Source of the DNA: the human T2T-CHM13v2.0 reference genome, Homo sapiens
Length of the DNA: 64,000 nt
Assembly (NCBI RefSeq): GCF_009914755.1
Contig: NC_060931.1
Strand: one strand, 5' to 3'
Shown: positions 1 to 13,300 of the stretch, piece by piece
Position numbering within the stretch: position 1 is the first letter of the stretch
How the letters are laid out: each line of letters opens with the position of its first letter
The notes under the pieces: model-generated
The model's input: only the letters and a program-made list of their open reading frames with translations
Databases searched by the model: none
Told to the model about the DNA's origin: nothing
Program-made: the position numbers and the translations under genes

Positions 1-56
1 AAATTATTAAATTTTATTGCATTGGAAATTGACAAATTATAACTGCATAAAGAATT

Positions 57-295
57 ATTGTATGATCCAGCAATTCCACAGTTGGGTGTACATTCAAAGG
101 ACATAAAATCATTATGTAAAGCGATATCTGCACCGCCATGTTCATTAAAGCATTGTTCAAATTACCTGAGTTATGGAATCAGCCTGTATCTGTCAACAGA
201 TGAATGGAGAAAGAAAATGTGCTATCTATACACAATGAAATACTATTTAGCCTTTAAAAAGAAGGAAATAAAATCATTGTTACAACATAAATAGT
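57..295 (+). mobile_element. Old L1 (L1MA/L1PB-type) ORF2 C-terminal fragment
   Basis: Translation YDPAIPQLG...STDEWRKKMCYLYTMKYYLAFKKKEI resembles the L1 ORF2 end (YDPAIPLLG...DEWIKKMWYIYTMEYYSAIKKNEI); degenerate. Confidence 0.8.
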
Positions 296-474
296 TAAAA
301 TGTAAAAAGTAAACATTGCAAAATGTTTATTTGACAAATTGATTAGTTGGCAAAATGCCTTTCAGTGAATTGGCTTTGGTAAAATGGCTAAACAGATTGT
401 GGCATAGTCAATGAAACAATGCATTATAGTTTAAAAGAATGAGGTAGATCACACAATGTGATATGATACTTTAA

Positions 475-592
475 ATAAAGTAATTAGTAAATTAGTAAAA
501 AGTGAATTAGTAAAAAGTAATTAATAAAATTAAATAAAAAATAAAATAAAAAGTAATTAGTAAAATTAGTAAAGTAATTAGTAAAAAGTAAA
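475..592. repeat. Degenerate AT-rich tandem repeat, unit ~AAGTAATTAGTAAA
   Basis: AATTAGTAAA recurs several times with A-run spacers. Confidence 0.7.
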
Positions 593-1247
593 AACCACAC
601 AAAACAAAATGGCACATTTCTTTAGGTACAAAGAGTTAGGATACACTTTCAAATAATGATAGACTGTCTTTGGGAGAGGAGAGACTTTTGCCCCAAATCT
701 TATAAGTAAAATTTAATATCTTTTTCAGATGATTAAAATTAAATTTACATTTATATGTAGCAGGAAATTTAATTTATATCTTCCCCTTATCTTGAGACTT
801 TGCCAAAGGTCCCATGCTAAGACCATGACTGCTGAGGCCCCAAACACTCTAGAGCAAGGTGATAGACCACAACACTGACTCAGTGGTAATGTAACAGAAC
901 TTGTGGACTTTGGCTCATACTCAGCTGCAAGCTGTGCAGAGTTGAAAAAAAATCAAGGAAGCATTTAGGAGGGCAAGGTCAATAAGTAGGTATTCACTTT
1001 TTGGCCCAAAACTGGGCCAAAAGAGTGTTGGACACCCTCCCACTTCTTCTCTAGGAAATTGCCAAGTGCTTTCCCTGCACATAAATTAAGCCAGGTAGGG
1101 GTGACGTGACTTGGAATCTTCTGCTGCCACAGGAGTATGATGGTCCAGAGAATTTGAGAATGTAAACAGTGTCCCTTGGTCTTGCAGAAGTACCAATTAC
1201 TACTGTGCTTGACTGAAGAATCAATAAAAATTGTTGAGGGATGCTGC

Positions 1248-1709
1248 TGTGATAAGCAGAATAATGACCTCCTCCCTGAAAAATGTCTATGTCATAATCC
1301 CCAGAACTTAAATGACAAAAGGGAAATCAAAGATATGATTAAGTTAAGAATCTTGAATGGTTAGATTGTCCTGGAATAATCACAAGGGACTTTATAAGAA
1401 AGAGACGGGAGTATCAGGATGAGAGAAGTAAATATGACAATGGAAGCAAAGGTTGGAGTGATGTGCTTTGAAAGTGGAGGAAAGGGCCACAAGACCAGGG
1501 GTGCACGCCACCTCTAGGGGCTGGAAAAGAAAACGGATTTTCCACGAGAGACTCCAGAACAAGTGTAGCCCTATTAACATCCCAATTTCAGTCCCATAAA
1601 ATTAATTCTGAATGTCTGACTTCCAGAACTCTAAGATAAGTAATTTCCTCTATTTTAAGCAAAAAAAAAAAAATGTGTAGTAATTTATCATAGCAACAGC
1701 AGGAATACA
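1248..1709 (+). mobile_element. MLT1D solo LTR (ERVL-MaLR)
   Basis: Starts TGTGATAAGCAGAATAATG and ends ...AGGAATACA; internal GATTAAGTTAAGAATCTTGA and GGAAGCAAAGGTTGGAGTGATG match MLT1D; near-TSD GCTGC/GCTAC. Confidence 0.85.
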
Positions 1710-2612
1710 GCTACTGACCTCAGGTGACAATCGGTGTTGAATAAGTCATGTATATGTCCTTCCATCCTTCCTTCCTGTGTCATCTGATCCTGGATGAAAT
1801 AGAAACAAAAGCAGGTTAAAAGACAGGGGGGAAAGAAAAATGACCATAACAGCGAAGAAAATAAAGAAGAAAAGAGCCCAAAGGGAAGAAAACAGACCAC
1901 ACCCATTTTCCCACTTCAGATTCTCCAGTCTGTGTCAGTCTTGAGCTGAGGAACAGCAGAGAACTTTTGAATTAAGATACAGAACATTTGATTTAGATCA
2001 ACCTGGAATTTTCTAGACCTAAAAAATAAATATTCCTTTAATGCCTGAAAATGATCATAAAGCTGTGAGTTTAAGATATTTTCCTTAAGAGCTGGGAAAG
2101 AAGAGCAGGTTGGAAGAGAAAAGGTGAGAGATAAAGATAGTTATTCCCCTATTGTTCCTAGAATAGCAAGTCCCTTCAATATTACACACACATACACTCC
2201 GTCACCCTGAAAACATATAGTCTGTTGGGGAATGACTTTGGAGATAAGGGATAAAAGATTTTCTCATTTTACTTTATAGAAGCATCTGTTTTCAAAACAG
2301 TTAAAATGTATGTTCTACTTTTAACAATTCCAATAGTCAAAGAAATATCTGTCTAGCTTATTTAGTTACAGATGTAGATATTGGTGACATGAAGGGACTT
2401 TGTTTTCCATCTCAATCGCCATGAGGCAGAGCAACCCACACATCTAGATGAGGTGAGAGGTGAGAAAGATCAATAATTCAGTTAAGCAGGAAATGAGTGA
2501 TTTAGTTCTTCAAATAATTGTAGCATCCCTTATATTTTGCCTGGTAATATTGGCATGGGTATCAGTGGAAGTGATATGTTTCCCATCACTCCCAAATTTC
2601 AGATGGAAAATT

Positions 2613-2640
2613 TGTGTGTATGTGTGTGTGTGTGCGCGCA
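2613..2640. repeat. (TG)n microsatellite
   Basis: tgtgtgtatgtgtgtgtgtgtgcgcgca. Confidence 0.85.
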
Positions 2641-4237
2641 AAGTCATTTTATTCTCTTCCTCTGACGTTCCTTTGGACTTCTTCAGAATGTGCCAGATGT
2701 CCACAGATTATTCAGTTATCTAAATGATTAAATTATGTAGTATAGACTACCAGAGAATAAGACAATTGGAGTAAATCATTAATTCTATGGTGTCAAGAGT
2801 AATTGCAAAAGAAGGAGACAGTGGAGGTTCGCAGAGGCTGCACTTCTGGGGACAGGGGAATAGTATGTGCAAAGAAATGGAAGTGGAATGTTACAGCTGA
2901 TAATGTGACATGTGCTTATTGTAAGGTGAAGAAAGCAGCTGGGCTGACTCCTTAATGCTAGCCTCCACACCACAGGATAAACGTTCTCTTCCAGATAAGT
3001 CATTGAGTTAACATGAATACTTTTTATCCATCTTTGCATTCACATTCACGTTTATAGACTTCACGCTTGGTTTGTTTGCTTTCACAAAAGATAAATTTCT
3101 CATGTTTGAAAAATTCTAAGTTATTGGGCTGGGACACTCATATATCCTCATAATGTTAATTGTTCCAGAAACTATTATTTCTGGTCACTGCCTGACTTCT
3201 GTGTTTCTTGGCTGTTACAGAGAGGCTAAAGTGTCAACCATCATTCTGTTAGAATTGCTTAGTAATGCTTGCGTTGAATTGGCTACATAGGAAGCTTAGC
3301 TCAATGCCTATGTGCTGGTGTGAAATGTGTTGCTTCTGTGATATGCCTAGTATCTGCCAGCTAAAAGAACAGAAGACCTTCAGGGAACTAGAGTTTCTGA
3401 GAGCAAGGTGAGAGGATTATGCATGAAGACACTGGGCTGTCATCCATGATGCGGGTGGGTGAGAATTCTCTCTACGTTATTATAAAATATAGCAACGGTA
3501 AATATAGAACAAGTTGTCATCTTACAAAATAAGTTTTTGCTACAAATTTTCCCCCAAGTTTTTTTCTATTTGAAGACCTTGCATGACTTGCTTCTCTTAT
3601 AGCTGCTTTGGGCCCTAGAGTCTACATTTCATCCTCAGTGCCATGATCTCTGCCACTTAGCAGCATTTCGTTTTCACAATTTAGTGACATGTCTGTCAAA
3701 AGCAATGGACTAAATTGCTCAGCAGTTAATTTATATTAATTTTGAGAAATGCATTTCAGTTTTTGATTATGTTAATAAGACTTTTACTTTGAGGGTAGAA
3801 TATTCTAGCAAATGAAAAAGATGTTACAATCTTTAGCCAAAAAGAAACCACATATTTTGCAAAGGAACAGAAAGGATTTTGAAAGAGCCCCAGCGTCTAA
3901 AAATCTTTTTAATTGAAATTCTTTTAAGTGTGGCTCATAGTTTAATGGGCCTTATATGGCAACATTGCTCCCAGATAATGGCCATTCCTAAATATCATGA
4001 CATTAAAGCATAGAATAAAGAATGTTCTATGACAACTTTACAATGTATTGCATACACAAATTGAGGTAATGATAGCTAGGTGTTTTGTGCTAATGGAGTC
4101 ATTATATTGATCCATGGTGAGACAGAGATACCAGCTCTCCCTTTGCTCAGTATTATAAACTACAACTGTAATTGTTAACAAAAGAATATATGGAAAGAGA
4201 AAGTTGGTGAGAACCTTATTTACTTCCTATGTCAATA

Positions 4238-6111
<1,874 letters not shown>

Positions 6112-6119
6112 TTAAATAT

Positions 6120-6270
6120 GAGAGACTCAGAGTTCAAATTCAGGCTTGCCTTATAAACTTTCAGACCCTCAATTTTCTCACCGACACAAATTAAGATTAC
6201 AGTACCCATCTTTCTGTTCCTATCTTTCTGCATTACTGTGAGAAAAACATATTTACATGACTTTGAAATG
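6120..6270 (+). mobile_element. MIR fragment
   Basis: agactcagagttcaaattcaggc...cctcaattttctcacc...aagattacagtaccc resembles the MIR core. Confidence 0.6.
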
Positions 6271-6279
6271 ACATCAACA

Positions 6280-7420
6280 AGGGACAAGGTGGCAGAGTAG
6301 GAAATAGCAGTATTCATCCCCCCAACCCCCTCAACAAAAGCAAAAAAAAAAAATTTAAAACCAAACAAACAACAACAAATGGAGAATATACACACAGAAA
6401 GAAATACTGGTGAGATCGACATCCCTGAAATGCCAGTAAATGTCTAAGAACAAAGAAGAAAGGCAGAGGCTGTAGGTATCAGCCATGTGGCTGGAACCAC
6501 CTTGGTTTCCAGTGGCCAGCTCTGTTGAGAACACTGGTTCCTTTTGTAACTGAGGTAACAAACATCCATTTCCACCAGGAAACTCTAGAGAGGAAGAGTT
6601 GGGTACACAACTCTAACCCCATAAAAAGCAGCCATTGTTGAGCTGCTTTGGGAAAAGAAATGCCACCTCTCCAAATCTTCTGTATGCCCCAACTCCAAAG
6701 CTATGGTTATATCCAAAGTGCCCATACTCCAGCCCTGTGCTCTGTGGTTGCACTTTAACTGCTTACATCTCAGAAGCTAGAGCACTGTCATAGCAAACTA
6801 GTTTGCACTCCAAGCCCCAGAGCCAAAATCTCTCTGAGCATGCCTGCATTCTGGACACCAGCTCAGCTGCCATAGAGAGCTTGGCTGAGGCCAGGCTCAG
6901 AGGCCACGCCCAGGGCCACTGTAACTTTGCACACAACTATGTTCCTATAATAGGCTCCCTGAATACTTCACAAGCATCTGTCCCTTGCATACTGTTACCA
7001 ATGCAGCAGAAGGGTGCTAGTACTCCAGACACCAATGCCATTACTGTCCGAGATTCCAGAGCTATCATCTCTCCATGTGTGTTCATGCTTTAGGCTTCAG
7101 CTCAGTGACAACTCAATGAGTGCTACTCATCAGACACCAGTGCCACTACTATTGTGAACAAACTCACAAGTTGGACCTACTGCCAAGAGGGATCCCCTCA
7201 GCCAAAAATTCCCTTTTGGAAGAAAAAGACACCTTATCTGCCATCACTAGAGACCCTTTAGACTCCAATTGGTTACACCCTGTGAAGGACTGGCCCACAA
7301 CTAACCAGTGGCTGAAGTGGAGACTTGGCCTACAGCCAAGCAGAGGCTTAAGTGGAAACTTGTTATCACAGGAGTGAGGATGTGGCCTGTATGCTGCTTA
7401 CTCTTGCCTAGAATTGGATG
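6280..7420 (+). mobile_element. Ancient L1M 5'UTR-type fragment
   Basis: Begins CAAGGTGGCAGAGTAGG (like the L1 5' end CAAGATGGC); GC-richer, with a recurring CAGACACCA(A/G)TGCCA(C/T)TACT monomer at ~7026 and ~7131. Confidence 0.5.
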
Positions 7421-7518
7421 CACCTGCTTGTTTTTTTGTTTTGTTTTTTTTTTTTTTTTTGCTTATGTTTTAAACCTTGGTTACCCTAATTTCCTATTCT
7501 TCTGTCACACAATCATAT

Positions 7519-7943
7519 AAAAATTAGTGATGAACTATTTTACATTCTTTGTGTATGTGTGCCTGTGTGTATTATAACCATTTTATTGTGGTGTGATTGG
7601 CATACAAAAAGCTGTACATGTTTAATGTACACAACGTGATGGGTTTGGAGATAACTATACACATATGAACCACCACCACTGTCAATGCTGTAAATGTATC
7701 CATTACCTCCAAAAGGTTTCTCCCAACCCCTTTGGGTTTTTTGCTGCTATCGCTCTGTTTTGGCTTTTCCTTTGGTGGTAAGAGTACTTAACAGAAGACC
7801 TACTATTTTATATTTTTATTACTAAGTATTTGAAATCCAGTGTATAGTTCAGTGTATCTATATAACACATCTCAATTCTAACCAGCCACATTTCAAGTGC
7901 CCAATAGCCATATGGCTAGTGGCTTCCATATCAGCTAGTGTAG
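7519..7943 (+). mobile_element. MER33 (hAT-Charlie) fragment, interrupted by an L1MA fragment
   Basis: Left part aattagtgatgaactattttacattcttt; right part actaagtatttgaaatccagtg...cacatctcaattctaaccagccacatttcaagtgcccaatagcc. Confidence 0.7.
7578..7806 (-). mobile_element. L1MA8/9-type 3' end
   Basis: ttttattgtggtgtgattggcatacaaaaagctgtacatgtttaatgtacacaac...atccattacctccaaaagg. Confidence 0.75.
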
Positions 7944-7959
7944 CTTTAAAGAACTAACC

Positions 7960-8390
7960 AGGCAAACTAGGGAAGAGAAGTTATACAGACAGTGAGAAGA
8001 TTCCAGTAAGTGCAAAGTATCAAGGTGAAGTAGAGAAACTTAAATAGCCTGTCTTACAGAGAGCACGGGTTTCAGGTAAAGTAGCACGATACAGAGCTAA
8101 AATCACATGGAATTTTAGAGTTCATGTTAATGCCATGTATTGTGTTCTTTATTCTACATGTTATGAGAAGTAATTGAAAATTTTACGTAGGGTATACAGG
8201 TACTGATTCAGATTTCAAAGGATTGCCCTTGCTGCTCTAGGAAGAATGGATTGAAGGGGCAAGAGTGGATATGAAGGAGAACATCCAGAAATTATAATTA
8301 GCACTTGCCATTGTCCAGGCAAGAGCAGGTGATAACAAGGACTGTGGAATGCAGTGAAGAGATTCAAGATATTTAGTAGATACAATTAAT
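7960..8390 (-). mobile_element. L2 fragment
   Basis: ggaagaatggattgaaggggcaagagtgga...gccattgtccaggcaagag is the reverse complement of the L2 3' region. Confidence 0.65.
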
Positions 8391-8395
8391 TAGAC

Positions 8396-8553
8396 TTTTT
8401 TTTTAACCTTTGTAGACGGTCTGGCTCCATTGACTGGCTGGAGTGCAGTGGGTGATGACGGCCCACTGTACCTTGAACTCCTGGCTTAAGCAATCCTTTT
8501 GCCTCAGTTTTCCAAACTGCTGGGATTACAGACGTGAGCCATCACACCTAGCC
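8396..8553 (-). mobile_element. FLAM_C / free left Alu monomer
   Basis: Single monomer with poly-T tail; ttgaactcctggcttaagcaatcc...gctgggattacagacgtgagccatcacacctagcc. Confidence 0.8.
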
Positions 8554-10027
8554 AGGCTTTTCCTTTTATCTTTTCTATTTGAGAAGGGAATTACCTAGAA
8601 GAGAGGTAAAAGCTATTTGCATTTGCTTTGTTTCCAGCTTTCCTGGAGAGGTAAATGTTATGCAAAGTCTGAGGGACAAAATTGGTCAACTCAGAGTTAG
8701 ACAAGAGCCAATTAAATTATTTAGTTGGATAACTAGACATATATTTTGAGGACTGGATACATAGTAGTTGAGCTGAAATAAATGATCTGGTATGGTCTTT
8801 GAATTTCAGAGGACACCATTGATCCTTGCAGATTGTCAGGTTCCGGGGACGGCTCAGATTTATAGCTTCAGGGTTTGGTTGCCCGGCATATAACTGGCAC
8901 TAAATAAATGTTTCTTGAATATGCTTTGTTATGACCCCCTTTCTTCCCATGATGAGGTGGTAGCTAAGACTGACAAGCCAGGCAAATAGACCTTCAGCAG
9001 TATTCAATTTGTGCACCTGTAATTTTTTCCCCATTTTCACATTGACCCTTGCCTTAATTAATGATTGCAAGGCCTGGGTGTGGCCCATGCACAAGCAGCC
9101 TTGAGTCCAAACATGGGTTAGTGAATTTTTATGGTTATTTCTCACTATTAAAGTCATAAGCACATTTAACAAATCACTTTGAACCTAAAAGGTAAAAGGT
9201 TCAGATTAATATTACTAAAATGTAGTTATAAATTGTATTATGTAAATAAGAGAACAAAATCCATTGCAATTAATTCTATCAGTAAAATTGGATCAATACA
9301 AGGTTTTCATACAATGCTTCCATGGCTTTTATCTTGGTGACACACTTACATCTAGGATTTTGTGAAGAAAAGCCTGTTTAGACTTGACTTTTCCATCCTT
9401 CTGAATTTTTTTTATGCAAGTCACAGCCACAGTTCCTTTCTTTTGCACGTAACAATAATAAAATATGACATCTTAAATATTCAGAAAAACCTACAAAGTT
9501 TCAAACTTTCAAAGCTGTCTAGAGCACCTGTACATCACAGTGATATGAAAATCATCCCTCCTCAACTGTAATTGTATTTTAATGTAAAATAATATCAGTG
9601 ACTTAAATATGCCTAAATTTAGGAACTAATAAACCAACATTATTTTAAAGTGTCTATCATGCTGCACCTTGTACAATTCTAGAAGTGTTGAGAAATTAAA
9701 TCCTTACCCTCAATAAACTGACACTATGGCTGAGAAAGCAAAGTGAATTAAAAAGAAAAACATTCATGATAACATATGTGTTATTAGCCAGGGAAATTGA
9801 GTAGCTTTGTATTTACTGGATAGGGAAAAGATTTAATGGGGATGTTTGGCTTGTTTTCTTTTGGCTGAAATAAGGAGTAAATTAGATAAGTGAAAGAGGG
9901 CTGAATTTTCCTCTTTGAGTGTTTTTACCATAAACATGATGGAACCAGAATGAAAAGCATTCTGTAGTGGGGAGGTGGTTCATAATAAGTCTGCTAACAG
10001 ATTGGTTGTAACAGTACTCTCAGAGAC

Positions 10028-10429
10028 TGTGTTGGTCCATTTTTCTTGCTATAAAAAATGCCTGAGGTAAGAGGTTTACTTGGTTCATGGTTCTGCAGGT
10101 TGTACAGCAAGCATGGCACCACCATCTGCTCAGTTTCTGGTGAGGGTCTCGGGAAGCTTACAATCATGGTGGGAGGTAAAGGGGGCAGCCCACATATCAC
10201 ATGGAGAGAGGAGGAGCAAGAGAGAGAAGGAAGAAGTCCCAGACCGTTTTAACCAACCAGATTTCTCATGAACTGGGCAAGAAATCACTCATCACCAAAG
10301 GAATGGTGCTAAACCATTCATGAGGGTTCCACCCCCATGATGGAATGCCTCCCACTATGGCCTACCTCCAACATTAGGAATCACATTTCAACACGAGATA
10401 GAGAGGGAACACACATCCAAACCATATCA
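10028..10429 (-). mobile_element. MSTB solo LTR
   Basis: Contains aagcatggcaccaccatctgctcagtttctggtgagg; ends AAACCATATCA; perfect 5-bp TSD GAGAC (10023-10027 / 10430-10434). Confidence 0.9.
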
Positions 10430-10654
10430 GAGACATTTAATAACATAGTGTTACATGAATAAACTATAAAATGTGACAGTTATTTATATTTTTGTCACAT
10501 TTTGACACTAGTTACTTTTTCTTACCTATAGAGTCATTTTGAAATTAAGGACAGATAGGTGATAAGCACTCTGCTAAGTGTTGTGGCCAAAAGAAAGGGA
10601 TAAGAAATAACTCCTGTCCTCAAATCATTCTCTTCCAGTATCATTTTCTTATTT

Positions 10655-10960
10655 GGGGCCATCATCATTTTTCATTTGGACTTCCAAACTAAACTCCCTA
10701 ATCTCTCTCCCTGACAATAAATCATCCACAGGCTTTCAAGGACAGTTTTCTTAAGTACAAATCTAATCAAGTTACTGTTCTGCTTAAAATTCTTCAATGA
10801 ATTTGTGTATGTTGCATAAAATCTTGGTTCTTTAATATGACATAGACATTTCTTAACAGTTTTCATTTTTCCTGGCCATCTTGTTTATATTGAAGCCACA
10901 CAAAACTATTTACTGTTTCCCAAATCTACCTTGTTCTTTCATGGCTCTGGTTCAAGGATA
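10655..10960 (+). mobile_element. L2 fragment
   Basis: acaaatctaatcaagttactgttctgcttaaaattcttcaatg resembles the L2 3' region. Confidence 0.6.
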
Positions 10961-10996
10961 GTGACTTGAGCATATTTTCACTGTTATATACCATTT

Positions 10997-13300
10997 TGAT
11001 AAGGTTTGGCTCTGTGTCCCCACCCAAATCTCATCTTGAATTGTGCTCCCTTAATTCCCATTTGTTGTGTGAGGGACCCAGTGGGAGATAATTGAATCAT
11101 GGGGGTGGTTTCTCACATACTGTTCTCATGGTAGTGAATAAGTCTCACAAGATCTGATGGTTTTATAAGGTGAGAAACCCCTTTCACTTGGTTCCCATTC
11201 TGTCTCTTGCTGCCACCATGTAAGAAGTGCCTTTCACCTTCTGCCATGATTGTGAGGCCTCCCTAGCCACATGAGACTGTAAGTCCATTAAACCTCTTCC
11301 TTTTATAAAATGCCCAGTCTTGGGGATGTCTTTATCAGCAGTGTGAAAATGGATTAATGCAGTAAACTGATATCAGTAGAGTGGGGTGCTACTGAAAAGA
11401 TACCCAAAAATGTGGAAGCAACTTTAAAACTGGGTAACAGGCAGGGGTTGGAAGAGTTTGGAGGGCTCAGAAGAAGACAGGAAAATGTGGGACACTTTGG
11501 AACTTCCTAGAGACTTGTTCAATGGCTTTGCCCAAAATGCTGATCATGATATGGACAATAAAGTCCAGGCTGAGGTGGTTTCAGATAGAAATGAGGAACT
11601 TGTTGGGAACTGAAGCAAAGGTGACTCTTGCTATGTTTTAGCAAAGAGACTGGTGGCATTTTGCCCCTGCCCTAGAGATTTGTGGAACTTTCAACTTGAG
11701 AGAGATGATTTAGGGGATCTGGTGGAAGAAATTTCTAAGCAGCAAAGTGTTGAATAAGTGACTTGGGTGCTGTTAAAGACGTTCAGTTTTATAAGGGAAG
11801 GAGAGCATACAAGTTTGGAAAATTTGCAGCCTGACAGTGCAATACAAAAGAAAATCCCATTTTATGAGGAGAAAGTCAAGCTGCCTGCAGAAATTTGCAT
11901 AAGTAACGAGGAGCTGAATGTTAATCCCCAAGACAATGGGAGAAAATGACTCCAGGGCATGTCAGAGGTTTTCATGGCAGCCCCTCCCATCACAGGCTGA
12001 GAGGCCTAGGAGGAAAAAGTGGTTTCATGGCCCAGGACCAGGATTTCCAGGTTGTGTGCAGCCTAGGGACTTGGTGTCCTGTGTCCCAGCTGCTCGAGGC
12101 ATGGCTGAAAGGAGCCAACACAGAGCTCTGGTCGTGGCTTCAGAGGGTGCAAGCCCCAAGCCTTGGCAGCTTCCACGAGGTGTTGAGCCTGTGAGTGCAC
12201 AGAAGTCAAGAACTGAGGTTTGGAAACTTCTGCCTAGATTTCAGAACATGTATGGAAACGCCTGGATGCCCAGGCAGAAGTTTGCTACAGGGACAGAGCC
12301 TTCATGGAGAACCTCTGCTAGGGCAATGCAGAAGGAAAATATGGGGTCAGAGCCCCCACACAGAGTCCCTACTGGGACACCACCTAGTGGAGCTTTGAGA
12401 AGAGGGCCACCATCCTCCATATCCCAGAATGGTAGATCCATTGACAGCTTGCACCATTTCCTTGGAAAAGCCACAGAAACTCAATGCCAGCCCGTGAAAG
12501 CAGCCAGGAAGGAAGTTGTACTCTGAAAAGCCACAGAGGTGGAGCTGTCCAAGACCATGGGAACCAACCTCTTGCATCAGTATGACCTGGATGTTAGACA
12601 GAGTCAAAGGAGATCATTTTGGAGCTTTAAGATGTGACTGCCTCACTGGATTTTGAACTTGTGTGGGGCCTGTAGCCCCTTTGTTTTGGCCAATTTATCC
12701 CATTTGGAATGGCTGTATTTACCCAATGCCTGTACCCCATAATATCTAGGAAGTGACTAACTTGCTTTTGATTTTACAGGCTCACAGGCAGAAGGGACTT
12801 GGCCTTTCTCAGATGAGACTTTGGACTGTGGACTTCAGAGGTAATGCTGAAATGAGTTGACTTTGGGGGGACTGTTGGGATGGCATGATTGGTTATGAAA
12901 TGTGATGACATGAGATTTTGGGAGGAGCCAGCTACCGCTCATAAGGTTTCACTCTCTGTCCCCACTCAAATCTCATCTTGAATTGTACTCCCATAATTCC
13001 CATGTGCTATGTGAGGGACGCAGTGAGAGATAATTGAATCATGGGGGCAGTTTCCCTCATACTGTTCTTGTGGTAGTGAATAAGTTTCATGAGATCTGAT
13101 GGTTTTATCAGGGGAAACCCCTTTCATTGGCTCTCATTCTTTTTGTTACCACCACCATGTAAGAAGTGCCTTTCACCTTCCACCTTGATTGTGAGGTCTC
13201 CCTAGCCATGTAGAACTGTAACTCCATTAAAGTTCTTTCTTTTGTAAATTGCCTAGTCTTGGGTATGTTTTTATCAGCAGTGTGAAAATGGACTAATACA
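10997..13300 (+). mobile_element. Complete THE1A/B element (5' LTR 10997-11361, internal 11362-12938, 3' LTR 12939-13300)
   Basis: Two ~360-bp direct LTRs; internal region starts gtaaactgatatcagtagagtggggtgc; TSD CATTT/TATTT. Confidence 0.95.
11258..11270 (+). promoter_or_regulatory. PRDM9-A recognition motif CCTCCCTAGCCAC in THE1A/B LTR
   Basis: Exact match to CCTCCCTNNCCAC (core of CCNCCNTNNCCNC). Confidence 0.8.

Noticed and set aside
2372-2452. Possible exon (TTACAG| ... GAG|GTGAGA)
   Set aside because: Good donor but weak polypyrimidine tract, and no coding or other support.
11918-12526. 202-aa ORF, plus ORFs at 60984-62221
   Set aside because: They lie within THE1 internal sequence: decayed, frameshifted MaLR remnants, not host genes.
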